A DNA stretch of 64,000 nt, from positions 9,930 to 73,929 of IMG/VR virus record IMGVR_UViG_3300020050_007300, one strand, 5' to 3'. The stretch comes from a virus (lineage: Duplodnaviria > Caudoviricetes). The position numbers and the translations under genes were made by a program. A model generated the notes under the pieces. That model was given only the letters and a program-made list of their open reading frames with translations. It had not been told where the DNA came from and did no database searches. How positions within the stretch are numbered: position 1 is the first letter of the stretch; the number at the start of each line of letters is the position of its first letter. Below, piece after piece: positions 28,846-37,533 of this stretch.

Positions 28846-28870
28846 GAATCCGGCCCTTGGCCGGATTCTA
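28846..28870 (-). promoter_or_regulatory. Putative portal operon promoter, -10 box overlapping a 10-bp inverted repeat
   Basis: TAGAAT on the minus strand at 28865-28870; GAATCCGGCC-ctt-GGCCGGATTC at 28846-28868. Confidence 0.5.
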
Positions 28871-28905
28871 GCTTCTTACACTTAAACCTTTACGGCAGAT
28901 TTGAA

Positions 28906-30576
28906 CTACTGTTGGCGTCTAGGTTTGAGCACGGTTAGCATAGGCAGCGCTCCTACATTTACCCACCCACTCGCTGTACCTGCAAGTTTTGTGGCTATGT
29001 AGAAGTAGTGTAGGGCGTGGTGGTAGTGGTCCTCCCCTTTCGTCTTCTCCCACTTATACTTGAAGCCGTCTTTAGTAAGTACACGTACACGTTTCATATC
29101 TCTCAGATGTGAGACAAACTCTTCGTCATCTGGTTGCTTCTTGATAGCGATGTTCAAAGCTTTAAACTCAGCCATCAAGCCGTCAAACGAAATGTCCCGG
29201 TTAATGTTAACTCGTGTTACGTTCAGCTTTCCTTCTTCCGGCTCAGCCTCTGCCCTTGTCACTGTGTAAGTTTCACCAACCTTTCGGTCTACATAAATTG
29301 CACCGTAAGCATTTGGGTCGTAAGTGGTGATTCGGTTAACAAGGTCTGTGTACGGAAACATATCGTGCACTGACACCGTTACGCGAAACTGTTTGCACAA
29401 CTCCTGCCTACGTTCGATGAACTTTGTGTAGTTAATCCTTTCTCTGTGCACTACCAACACTTTACCGTCTGAGGCTATTCTGCCAATGACAACGTGGCAG
29501 GTTAAGCCCATATCAGCACCTAAGAAGTGAACCGTTGACTCTGTGAAGTCAGCATCAACTAGCGACTTTCTTACGTCTGATTCTAGTAACGACTCTTCTC
29601 CGTCTTCCGCAGTCAAGCCCAGGGCTTGGTTGCAGAACTCTGACCACTTGGCAAATGTCGCGCTAGTACGCACCAGATAAGCAGGTGTAATGATACTCGG
29701 CGCACAGAAGGGACTAACGTAGAGAGCCTTCTCGTCGTAGTTATCGCCTGGGTTCTCAAGCACCCAGTTTCGGTACTTCAGGTCAGTTCTGGGCTCTCTG
29801 CCGCAGCAGGGGCACAGCAATTTAGACGCCTGCCAGTCAAGGTCTTTCAGGACCGTCTTGGTAATCTCTTTCTTTGGTCTGTCCCAACCAGGAATTTTTA
29901 CGTCTTTCTCGTAGCTAGGCAGCCACAGGTGGTTGCACTTGTCGCACTTCCACATCTGGCGATAGCGTTTTGCTGTCTCCGCGAGGAGTGAGACCCCGTA
30001 TTTTTCTACTGTGGGGGTGGAGAAAACCCTGCGCATCTTGGTGGGTTTGTGTTGCAACCGACTGACGTAAGTTGCAATATTGTCCATGTCTGACTTGTCG
30101 TATTCGTCGTGAATCAACAAGTCTGCAGGCACTGACAAGCCGCCTGTCTCCGATATAGTCCCCCGCACATAGGCAAAACTGTTCGCACCGAATTGCTTTA
30201 ACGCTACAGTGTTTATGCTCTTGCTCATCATGCGGCGAATCTCAGCACTGTCCGCTATGATTGGGTCGATACGAGTTCGTGTAAAGTTTTCCGCGTCTGT
30301 GCTGGTAGGGAACGTCCACATCAAGGTGAAGTTCTCTTGGGTGCTGACACAGGCAAGTGCCCACCGTGCGAAGATCTCGGAGAGTCCGGTTTGCGCAGCT
30401 TTTACTACGATCAGGTTCTTTTCTAGGTCGCCAATAATGTCTTTTTGGTACTCATGTCCCTTAAAAGAGAACGGCTTTCCCTCGATTTTGGTGTGCTTAA
30501 CAATCCAATCCGCAAGGTTTCCCAGTGTGTAGGTGTTGTTGACCCCGTCTTTCAGGCGCCGAATGTGGTCATGCAT
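28906..30576 (-). CDS. terL: Terminase large subunit (GpA-like ATPase plus RNase H-like nuclease)
   Basis: KAAQTGLSE Walker A variant, LLIHDEYD Walker B, GADMG and DHYHHA nuclease motifs, central Cys pairs. Confidence 0.9.
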   Translation of the reverse strand: MHDHIRRLKDGVNNTYTLGNLADWIVKHTKIEGKPFSFKGHEYQKDIIGDLEKNLIVVKAAQTGLSEIFARWALACVSTQENFTLMWTFPTSTDAENFTRTRIDPIIADSAEIRRMMSKSINTVALKQFGANSFAYVRGTISETGGLSVPADLLIHDEYDKSDMDNIATYVSRLQHKPTKMRRVFSTPTVEKYGVSLLAETAKRYRQMWKCDKCNHLWLPSYEKDVKIPGWDRPKKEITKTVLKDLDWQASKLLCPCCGREPRTDLKYRNWVLENPGDNYDEKALYVSPFCAPSIITPAYLVRTSATFAKWSEFCNQALGLTAEDGEESLLESDVRKSLVDADFTESTVHFLGADMGLTCHVVIGRIASDGKVLVVHRERINYTKFIERRQELCKQFRVTVSVHDMFPYTDLVNRITTYDPNAYGAIYVDRKVGETYTVTRAEAEPEEGKLNVTRVNINRDISFDGLMAEFKALNIAIKKQPDDEEFVSHLRDMKRVRVLTKDGFKYKWEKTKGEDHYHHALHYFYIATKLAGTASGWVNVGALPMLTVLKPRRQQ

Positions 30577-30931
30577 TGCTTAAGGCCTCTTCATAAGCCG
30601 CAAAGAAGGCCTCACTCAGCTCTGGAAATTTCTTCAAAACTGTGATTAGTGTGCCTTCGTAGAGCTTTAAACGCTCTGCGTCATACAGTTCTGTCTGGTT
30701 TTTAGTGATGCTAGTTAGGATACTGTTGATAGTGTTTAACAGTTGAGCCTTTTGGCTTAGCGGTATTTCTTCGTCGTACTCTGTAGCTTCCCTCAGAATC
30801 AAGGCGTTCTTGTACTGAGCCAGCAACTCTCCGTCAAGGTCTAGCTCTGCCAGTTTTGTGGCGTGAACTCTACTTGGTGGAAGCGTGTTCAGCTTTTCTG
30901 TTGGTTTAGGTTCGTCAAAAGAGTCAAACAT
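30569..30931 (-). CDS. Putative terminase small subunit
   Basis: Helical 120 aa protein overlapping the terL start. Confidence 0.55.
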   Translation of the reverse strand: MFDSFDEPKPTEKLNTLPPSRVHATKLAELDLDGELLAQYKNALILREATEYDEEIPLSQKAQLLNTINSILTSITKNQTELYDAERLKLYEGTLITVLKKFPELSEAFFAAYEEALSNA

Positions 30932-31358
30932 GCTTCTCTTTCCTTGCGTAGTTCATGCTGAGTTTGCGCTGCTCTAGCAGGATTTGCTCGTAACCTTCAA
31001 CAAGTTCTGGGTAGCGCTTCTTTGCTTTAGCAAGGTGCCTCCACATGGTGTGGTAGCTGACACAGCACTTCTTTGCTGCACCATCAATGGACAGTCTGCC
31101 TTCAAGGATTTCTTTGGCCACGCTGAGTTTGAAGTCCTTGCGAGCCTCTATCAGAACACCCTTGTCAACTATCGGCTTCTTGCCTGGGAACGCAAAGCTC
31201 AAGTGTTTTTCGTGTACGTCAAGCACCTTGGCAAGTTCCCTGGTCGTGATGTTTCGGTTGTACAGGTCCAGCTTCTGCTGCTCTGTGATACGGCTTTGCA
31301 GTGCGTTGGGCCGTCTGGGGTTGGCCTTGCGCCAGGAGCTGGGGTATTTGTCTGTCAT
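30924..31358 (-). CDS. HTH DNA-binding protein with two HTH-like units
   Basis: ITTRELAKVLDVHEKHLS and LSIDGAAKKCCVSYHTMWR; start moved to ATG 31358. Confidence 0.7.
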   Translation of the reverse strand: MTDKYPSSWRKANPRRPNALQSRITEQQKLDLYNRNITTRELAKVLDVHEKHLSFAFPGKKPIVDKGVLIEARKDFKLSVAKEILEGRLSIDGAAKKCCVSYHTMWRHLAKAKKRYPELVEGYEQILLEQRKLSMNYARKEKHV

Positions 31359-31364
31359 GCGGGG

Positions 31365-31393
31365 ATTGTACGGGAGATTTTGGGTTATGCTAA
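31365..31393 (-). promoter_or_regulatory. sigma70-like promoter for the HTH-TerS-TerL operon
   Basis: TTAGCA-17 nt-TACAAT, with the ATG 6 nt downstream. Confidence 0.6.
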
Positions 31394-31472
31394 TAGTGAC
31401 TGTTGTGTAGTGGCTGTTGAAAGTCAATTTGTGGTGGAAATTTTGAAAATTTTTCCGGAGGGGTAAGGCGCG

Positions 31473-31913
31473 GTATACACTTCTGTATACAAAAGTAGGT
31501 GTACGTCACTTTGTATACAACACCCACCCCTACCCTCACACTGTATACAATCCCACACTGTATACAATCTCCACATACAAAGCAACACCCCTCACCTCTC
31601 GATTGTATACACCAAACCCGACTCTACCTTCAGTGTATACACCATCCCATACACCATCCCATACACCGTCAGTACACAACACCTGAGACTGTATACACAA
31701 CCCGTGCACAACCCGTACACCATCCCCTATAGTGTATACACCATCCACATACACACCTAGCATACCGTATCTCACATTGTATACACAATCTCCGTACCCC
31801 CATCTCACACTGTATACACACCTAGCATACACAACCTAACATCGTATACATAACCCGTACACAATCACACCCAGTGTATACATAACCCGCATACACCCTC
31901 TCACACTGTATAC
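31473..31913. repeat. Array of 14 GTATAC palindromes in a G-poor tract
   Basis: Copies start at 31473, 31485, 31513, 31543, 31560, 31605, 31635, 31691, 31734, 31779, 31812, 31844, 31876 and 31908; a 31-nt direct repeat lies at 31803 and 31899. Confidence 0.95.
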
Positions 31914-32157
31914 ACACCTAGCATACACATGCCCCTACACTTGACATAACTACTGACCTAGGATATTCGCGTGCATGGGCGCGCACCTTGTTAATTAGGC
32001 ATACCCTAGTCCCTACGCTATTACAAATTGTTACAAACTATCCCGGCTTAACTGCCCTTATACCTATATAATCCACTACATGCACCGGGCAACCGGGGCA
32101 TAACGGGTAAGCCTAGCAACTTACCTAAAAATAAATTCTGGTAAGGTTTAAAAACCA

Positions 32158-32166
32158 TGCTAGAAT
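32158..32166 (+). promoter_or_regulatory. Extended -10 promoter (TGc-TAGAAT) facing the early arm
   Basis: Motif match; bracketed by the inverted repeat TTCTGGTA (32136-43) / TACCAGAA (32170-77). Confidence 0.55.
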
Positions 32167-32169
32167 AGA

Positions 32170-32940
32170 TACCAGAACGAAACGATAGGCGTATAACCCG
32201 ATAAGGGAAAACCCCTAGAAGATAGTTCTAAAACCTAGGTTATAATCTAACCTAAGCGAAACGGCCTGATCGTAGGCTGTAGTGGTAATAAAGGGTGGCA
32301 CGGTCCTAGGGAAACCTATCGGATATAGCCTGCTGCCCCGTAAAGCACAACGCGGAAGTTCTTTAAAAATTGACGTGCATAGTAAAAAACAGTGTCGGTT
32401 AACCGCGACACAATGTAATAAAGGTTTGAAGCAACTCGCAAGAGTCTCGGCGTAGAGTGATCTAAAAAAGCATTGTGACAAAGTAGCAAACGCTATTAAT
32501 AGCCCAAAGCGGGCAACATCCCTAGGGTGTTGGATGCACGTTACATATTAAACTTAGGGGACCACTTACGACACACCGTAGGCCCGTGCCCTATTTCCAC
32601 CCCCATGCTGTAAAGTGTTTTCGTTGCTAAACGAGGCATGAGCGCAACCTGAGTGCGCTACAGTAGCGGGGTGGTATGGATGGTAAAAACCATTGCCACT
32701 AGTGCGCAGAATGACTAGTAACGTAACCCTGCCCGACGTTGAATAACGGGCTTAACTATTCAATAGAGGGTATCCCCATTCAAACTTTGATTCATCCGGC
32801 CTAATCCCCGGTCAAACCGTGCCCCTGCACATATGCTGCATCATAGGGGTTTGCCAAAAACCATTGTTTTAATAACGATGTATCGGCACGCACGATAAAT
32901 AAATACGCTTTAACCGCCTCTCTATGGATAGGCGGTTGCG
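32170..32940 (+). ncRNA. Candidate large structured ncRNA or highly structured early leader
   Basis: No plus-strand ORF of 60 aa or more before 32924; more than 12 hairpins, GNRA tetraloops and nested long-range helices found by eye. Confidence 0.5.
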
Positions 32941-32968
32941 TCGTGTTTATTTCACTTTGGAGAAAAAT

Positions 32969-33154
32969 ATGCAATTCATTCGCTGTCAGATTTTGAGCGC
33001 TGCAATCGCTTTAGTGCCCACTTCCATCTTGGCCTATGCGCTTAACGTACAAAGTGTTACGTTAGACTTGTTCGTTATTTTTAGCGTCACAACCACTATT
33101 GCAACAGCCACTATTGCAACGGCTACTTGCTTTATTTTGACCCGCAAAGTCTAA
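32969..33154 (+). CDS. Small 2-TM membrane protein, paralog 1
   Basis: GGAG Shine-Dalgarno; AAIALVPT motif. Confidence 0.7.
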   Translation: MQFIRCQILSAAIALVPTSILAYALNVQSVTLDLFVIFSVTTTIATATIATATCFILTRKV

Positions 33155-33167
33155 CCATAAGGTAACT

Positions 33168-33332
33168 ATGAAAATTGTCGCTTGCCTGATTGCAGCCGCT
33201 GCAATCGCTTTAGTGCCCACTTACGCTCTTGCCCATGCGGCAGACGTAAGCACTCTAACGTTTGGCTTGTTCGTTACTTACAGTGGCGTAACAATCTTTG
33301 TTGCCACCGCAATCGCAGTGCTTACAGAATGA
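33168..33332 (+). CDS. Small 2-TM membrane protein, paralog 2
   Basis: MKIVACLIAAAAIALVPTYALAHAADVSTLTFGLFVTYSGVTIFVATAIAVLTE; shares a 26-nt identical block with paralog 1; not in the ORF track. Confidence 0.7.
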   Translation: MKIVACLIAAAAIALVPTYALAHAADVSTLTFGLFVTYSGVTIFVATAIAVLTE

Positions 33333-33454
33333 AACAAGCCGAAAAGGCGCTGCAAATTCAGCGCACATTAGGAACCCGTGCCGCTGCGGGTTACTTGCGA
33401 AACCGTGGATGGTGCATTACTTATGCACTGCATCTACTAACAAGGGTGAAATGA
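33329..33454 (+). CDS. Small basic early protein
   Basis: ATGA coupling; GTRAAAGYLRNRGW motif recalled from other phage early regions. Confidence 0.65.
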   Translation: MKQAEKALQIQRTLGTRAAAGYLRNRGWCITYALHLLTRVK

Positions 33455-33675
33455 TGTTCACCTTTGAATGCTGGTTGAACCCTGAACACTGTAACCGCAT
33501 AACGGTTACAGCCCTTAATCTGTTTTTAGCTGAACAGATTGTTATAGGCCGGTTTGCGCCTCTATACCTGCAACATTTACCCGATTAGAGCCTACCAAAT
33601 AGCCCCCTAGGCTATTTAGTGCGTTTTGCACTGATACCGCGCCAATATCTAGGCGCAACTTAAGAGGAATCTACC

Positions 33676-34338
33676 ATGAGCAACATCACCAAGTTCGATG
33701 CATCCTGCACCACCATCGCAGTCGCAACCAAGAAAGGCACCACGGAGCGCACCTTGTTGGGCGTGATTATGTCCACCAGCAAGGCCGCTAAACAAGCTGG
33801 CTCCAAGCATCTGGCCGAAAAGTGGTGGAGCAATGGCCAATTTGCACCGTTGGCACGTGAGTGCGCTAACGTGTTTGGTGCGTTGTTCACTGACTTTGTG
33901 ACACACCCTGCTATTGCTATGGACGTTACCACGGGCCGTATTACCAACCCCCATATGACGAACCGCGCAGCATGGGATAGCGTTATCGCGGGCTTGAATG
34001 CCAAAGACCAAGCCCTGAATAAGAAGGGCTTGCCTGCACCATTCAAGGGTGAAAAGCGTATGTTGTTGGACTCTTTGAACCATGCGGTTTTGGTTTTTGA
34101 GATGAATCAGAAACTGGCTGAAGAAGCGGCGGCAAAGCAGTTTGACGACAAAGTGGCCGCAGTGCAGTTTGACGCGGTAGAGGGTACGTCGGCATCCACC
34201 GACGTATCCGGGGCCGTTGTGGGCGGTTTGGATGCCCTTGCCTTGCCCTTGCTGGAAGGCACGGTGCTGGATGCCGCAATCGCGGAGCAGTTTGCCGCCC
34301 TCGAAGCCGCACCAGCCCTCGAAGAAGCCCCGTTCTAA
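33676..34338 (+). CDS. Hypothetical early protein with an acidic C-terminus
   Basis: GAGGA Shine-Dalgarno; 220 aa; biased codons. Confidence 0.8.
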   Translation: MSNITKFDASCTTIAVATKKGTTERTLLGVIMSTSKAAKQAGSKHLAEKWWSNGQFAPLARECANVFGALFTDFVTHPAIAMDVTTGRITNPHMTNRAAWDSVIAGLNAKDQALNKKGLPAPFKGEKRMLLDSLNHAVLVFEMNQKLAEEAAAKQFDDKVAAVQFDAVEGTSASTDVSGAVVGGLDALALPLLEGTVLDAAIAEQFAALEAAPALEEAPF

Positions 34339-34950
34339 TGCTGCACCCCGCCTTGATTAGCAAGGTTTGTTTGATGGCGGTATCGGCAACGATAGATGCC
34401 ATCAACCCCTACACCCCCATTTACTATGCACGCCACAATCTGCAATGGTTTTGTGATGTGCGCTTAGAGTGGATAAAAATATGACTGCCTCTGGGGAATT
34501 TTCTTACGTGTGTTTCTTCTATACAGTGGAAGGTTTTCGCACCTTTACATATAGAAACCATCGTACAAATGGCAAGGGTACTGTTTTGCCCTTGCATTAT
34601 GGCGGCGGTAATGCGGACTTTAACAAGGTCTTTGTTTGTACTTCCTTGTTGCGAAAGGTTTGAGGTATGCCTTAAATAAACCTAAACCTCTAGTTGTTAG
34701 GCGGGTATTCTACCTTTGGTGTGGCGAGCCATTAACGCATAAGTAAAGCCTTAAACCTCGATCTCTACGGGTGAAATACCGCCGGATAAACGTAACCGGC
34801 ATCAATTGGAGTTTCAAATGAAACCATGCCACCCAGCCGTCGCCGCTGCAATTGCTGAATACCGTCAGGCTTTGTTGATGGTCCGGCAAGGTTTGCTAGG
34901 CAATGCCCAAATTTCCCGTGACAAAGTTCGTTTGCTGCATAGGCTAATCC

Positions 34951-35190
34951 ATGTTCACCATTGACTCTTACGTGAGCGCAGTTATCGCTCACTCTAAAAC
35001 AAAGACTTGGTGGAACTGCACCGTGGAAGTTTCGCACGGCGGAAAAATCCATACCGTAGGCTGCAAAGCTTTCGGTTTGTGGGTTCAAAGAGTCGAATGC
35101 AACGGCATTCGCTCAGACGTTCCTGAATGCAAAACGCAAAGGGCTTTTCGAGAGGCGTTTGTTCGCGAACTTGAAAAGATTTTGCGGTGA
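34951..35190 (+). CDS. Hypothetical protein
   Basis: 79 aa ORF on the early strand. Confidence 0.55.
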   Translation: MFTIDSYVSAVIAHSKTKTWWNCTVEVSHGGKIHTVGCKAFGLWVQRVECNGIRSDVPECKTQRAFREAFVRELEKILR

Positions 35191-35491
35191 TTAACTTTAC
35201 ATATTGTTACAATTTTCAGCTTTTAATGGCCAAATTTGTGCATTTTGTGACATACAAAGGAAAATGACTATCTAAGGACGGTCATTTTGTCCTCAAATAT
35301 TGTGATTTTTGTAAATTTTCGTATTTTTAAGGATGGTTATTTGTGACTGACTATCTAATTCTGACTATTTCTGCCTCTTGTATTTGCGCTGAGATTTGTG
35401 CTCAGGATGAAAATCGACTATTTACCAGCGTTTGTTTCGCTCGCCTTGGAAATACTTACAGCTTGTCAGCCTGTTTCTTCGGAGAAAATTT

Positions 35492-35926
35492 ATGGAAAAT
35501 AGTTTGAGCAGCGCTTACTTATCCATAGCTAAAGCGCTTAAAGATACGTCTGCAAGTCCAAAGACTTGTCAAGCTGTTTACTCTTGTCTTGCAACCTATA
35601 ACAAGTCTTTAAGCCAGCAAGATTTTCTTGCGGCTTGTGGGTTTTCACCAGCAAGGCTGTTTGTAATTGCCTACGTTAACTGGTTAGATTCTGGTGCCGA
35701 AGAAGGCAAGCCTTTTTCTCGCAGGTTTGGATTGTGTGGAAATTCTGACCTGCCGTTGTTTGACCTATTCGACGGCTTGCATCCTTTAGTACCGTTTAAT
35801 TCGGATGAGAATTTAGTACCACTTGAGAAAACCCATCCGGAATACTTGTTTTCTGAGTTTAAAGAAGCAAGAGCCCATTTAAACCCACGGAGAATTGCTT
35901 GGGCAAGGTCTTTTGCGGGCTTTTGA
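35492..35926 (+). CDS. Hypothetical protein
   Basis: GGAG Shine-Dalgarno before ATG 35492. Confidence 0.6.
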   Translation: MENSLSSAYLSIAKALKDTSASPKTCQAVYSCLATYNKSLSQQDFLAACGFSPARLFVIAYVNWLDSGAEEGKPFSRRFGLCGNSDLPLFDLFDGLHPLVPFNSDENLVPLEKTHPEYLFSEFKEARAHLNPRRIAWARSFAGF

Positions 35927-36388
35927 GCCGTTTTTTGCTTTACCGCAGGCTTCGTATTGGCAAGGTTTAAGAAGCGCGCTATCAAGCGTTTTGATGCCTC
36001 GCCTCTGCCTTGTCAGCCTTCTTTGCGGTCTGCTTCCTCAAGGTCTAAGAATTCCCTGGGTCAAGTTCCCAGAAACCTAAACCTAAACCATAAGTAGTAC
36101 AAATAAGTAGTTTAGTCCTCGATTTTGTGGTTTTTAACCCCCCCCCAGGGGGATTTTTGCTTTTTTCGACTTTTTGGAATTTTCATTTTTCATTTTTCAC
36201 TTCTTATGGCACCACACTTGAAAACCTCAACTCCTAAACCTTTTTCAAAAAGAGGTTTAGTTTAGATTTTTCTCCTTTACACGGCTTCCCCACACTTGAC
36301 AAGCCTTTTCGCAACAAACACGGCAACAAGCACTGCAATTCAACCAAAATACAACACCAAAAAGAGACTTGACTATCTACCAACGTAG

Positions 36389-36434
36389 AAACTATTCAAA
36401 TATTTAGTGAAATATCTAAATATTTGAATAGTTT
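36389..36434. repeat. Perfect 19-bp AT-rich inverted repeat
   Basis: AAACTATTCAAATATTTAG-tgaaatat-CTAAATATTTGAATAGTTT. Confidence 0.9.
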
Positions 36435-36804
36435 AGAATATGTCAGCAGCAACCGTCTAAGAAAATTCAAAATTAGCAAAGTAGCCCATTTTCTAGCTAC
36501 TGAAATAGAAATAGATGTTTGATGATTTTTTACCTGTCCAAATCGGGACTTAACAGCGTAGAAAAAATTCTAATATGTCCTCACAAACGACGAAATTTTT
36601 GACCAAACAAGTGGGGTTTTACGCAAAACCCCACAAAAACCCAGAGATAGTGACAAATTGAGCAGACCTGCCAGTGTTAGCCTGTAAACGTAAATTACCG
36701 TGCAAAAACGGAACACCGGAAAAATGCCTCGTTTACTTGAGAAGTTTTGCAAAAGAAACGTTTCGGGTGTAAAATTCCAGCTCCTTAAACTCCGGACTAC
36801 TCCC

Positions 36805-37533
36805 ATGACTTCCACCAGCTACCTTGCGCTACCCTCCAACGAGATAGTCACCGCGCACTTTGAAACTTCACTTGTGCGTGCTTACAGAGACCCTGATACC
36901 ACCCGAGAAAATTCCTTTTGTTTCGTGCTGAGCGACATTTGCGAAATACTGGGGCTGGCGAATCCACGACAAGCCTTGACAACAGTGCAGGAACGTGGAC
37001 GGGTAAAGCTGCTTATTGACACCAGTAAAGGCGTTCGGGAGGTAAACGGGCTGAACATGGGGGGATTCTTTGAACTTGTTACCAAATCCCGCACAGAGAA
37101 AGCTAACAGGTTCAAAGACTTTGTTAACTACACCCTACTGTGGAAAATCGCCGATCAAGGTCACTGGAGCCACAGCCCTAAAGTGCTTCTTAAATTTCGG
37201 AGAAACCACAACAAACTGCTAGACAGCATGGCAAGGGAGCTTAAATCCTCTTACCTTATGTACGAAGAGCAGGTAGAAAACAGACGTGAGGACTACAAAG
37301 GGGTAGACCTGCAACAAGCTGCGGCAGGCCTCGTAACCGACGCATACAGACTTGCAATGCACCTTCAAGAGGAAGAGCGTAACGAATACGTAGAGCTGCT
37401 GGGAGACCTGGCATACTGTGTAATAACTGAGAAACCCCGAGAACTCAACCCTAGTCACTACCCAATACGGCTAATAAAGCCCGACGTTTACGTCATGAAC
37501 CCTAAACTTCAGATAGTAAATGAGCTACGTTAA
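36805..37533 (+). CDS. Bro-N domain (antirepressor-like) protein
   Basis: FVLSDICEILGLANPRQAL and GFFELVTKSRTEKANRFKDFV are typical BRO-N motifs. Confidence 0.85.
   Translation: MTSTSYLALPSNEIVTAHFETSLVRAYRDPDTTRENSFCFVLSDICEILGLANPRQALTTVQERGRVKLLIDTSKGVREVNGLNMGGFFELVTKSRTEKANRFKDFVNYTLLWKIADQGHWSHSPKVLLKFRRNHNKLLDSMARELKSSYLMYEEQVENRREDYKGVDLQQAAAGLVTDAYRLAMHLQEEERNEYVELLGDLAYCVITEKPRELNPSHYPIRLIKPDVYVMNPKLQIVNELR

Noticed and set aside
457-30645. Numerous plus-strand ORFs in the late arm (e.g. 10482..11189, 24450..25424, 26128..26931)
   Set aside because: Antisense shadows of strongly biased structural genes, with no Shine-Dalgarno or protein-like motifs.
31499-31832. ORF-track ORFs 31499..31732 (+) and 31536..31832 (-)
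   Set aside because: By-products of the low-complexity repeat (Y/T/H/P or V/Y/G only), with no Shine-Dalgarno.
31473-31913. GTATAC array as a CRISPR or mini-CRISPR array
   Set aside because: The repeats are only 6-9 bp, spacing is irregular in the first half, the spacers are low-complexity and related to each other, and there are no cas genes.
31941-31970. TTGACA at 31941 as a sigma70 promoter
   Set aside because: No good -10 hexamer at 16-18 nt spacing.
32140-36270. AGGTTT/AAACCT hexamers near several promoters as a phage-specific -35 element
   Set aside because: Spacing to the TAGAAT box is inconsistent between 32145 and 28885, the orientation varies, and the motif is too short to call without statistics.
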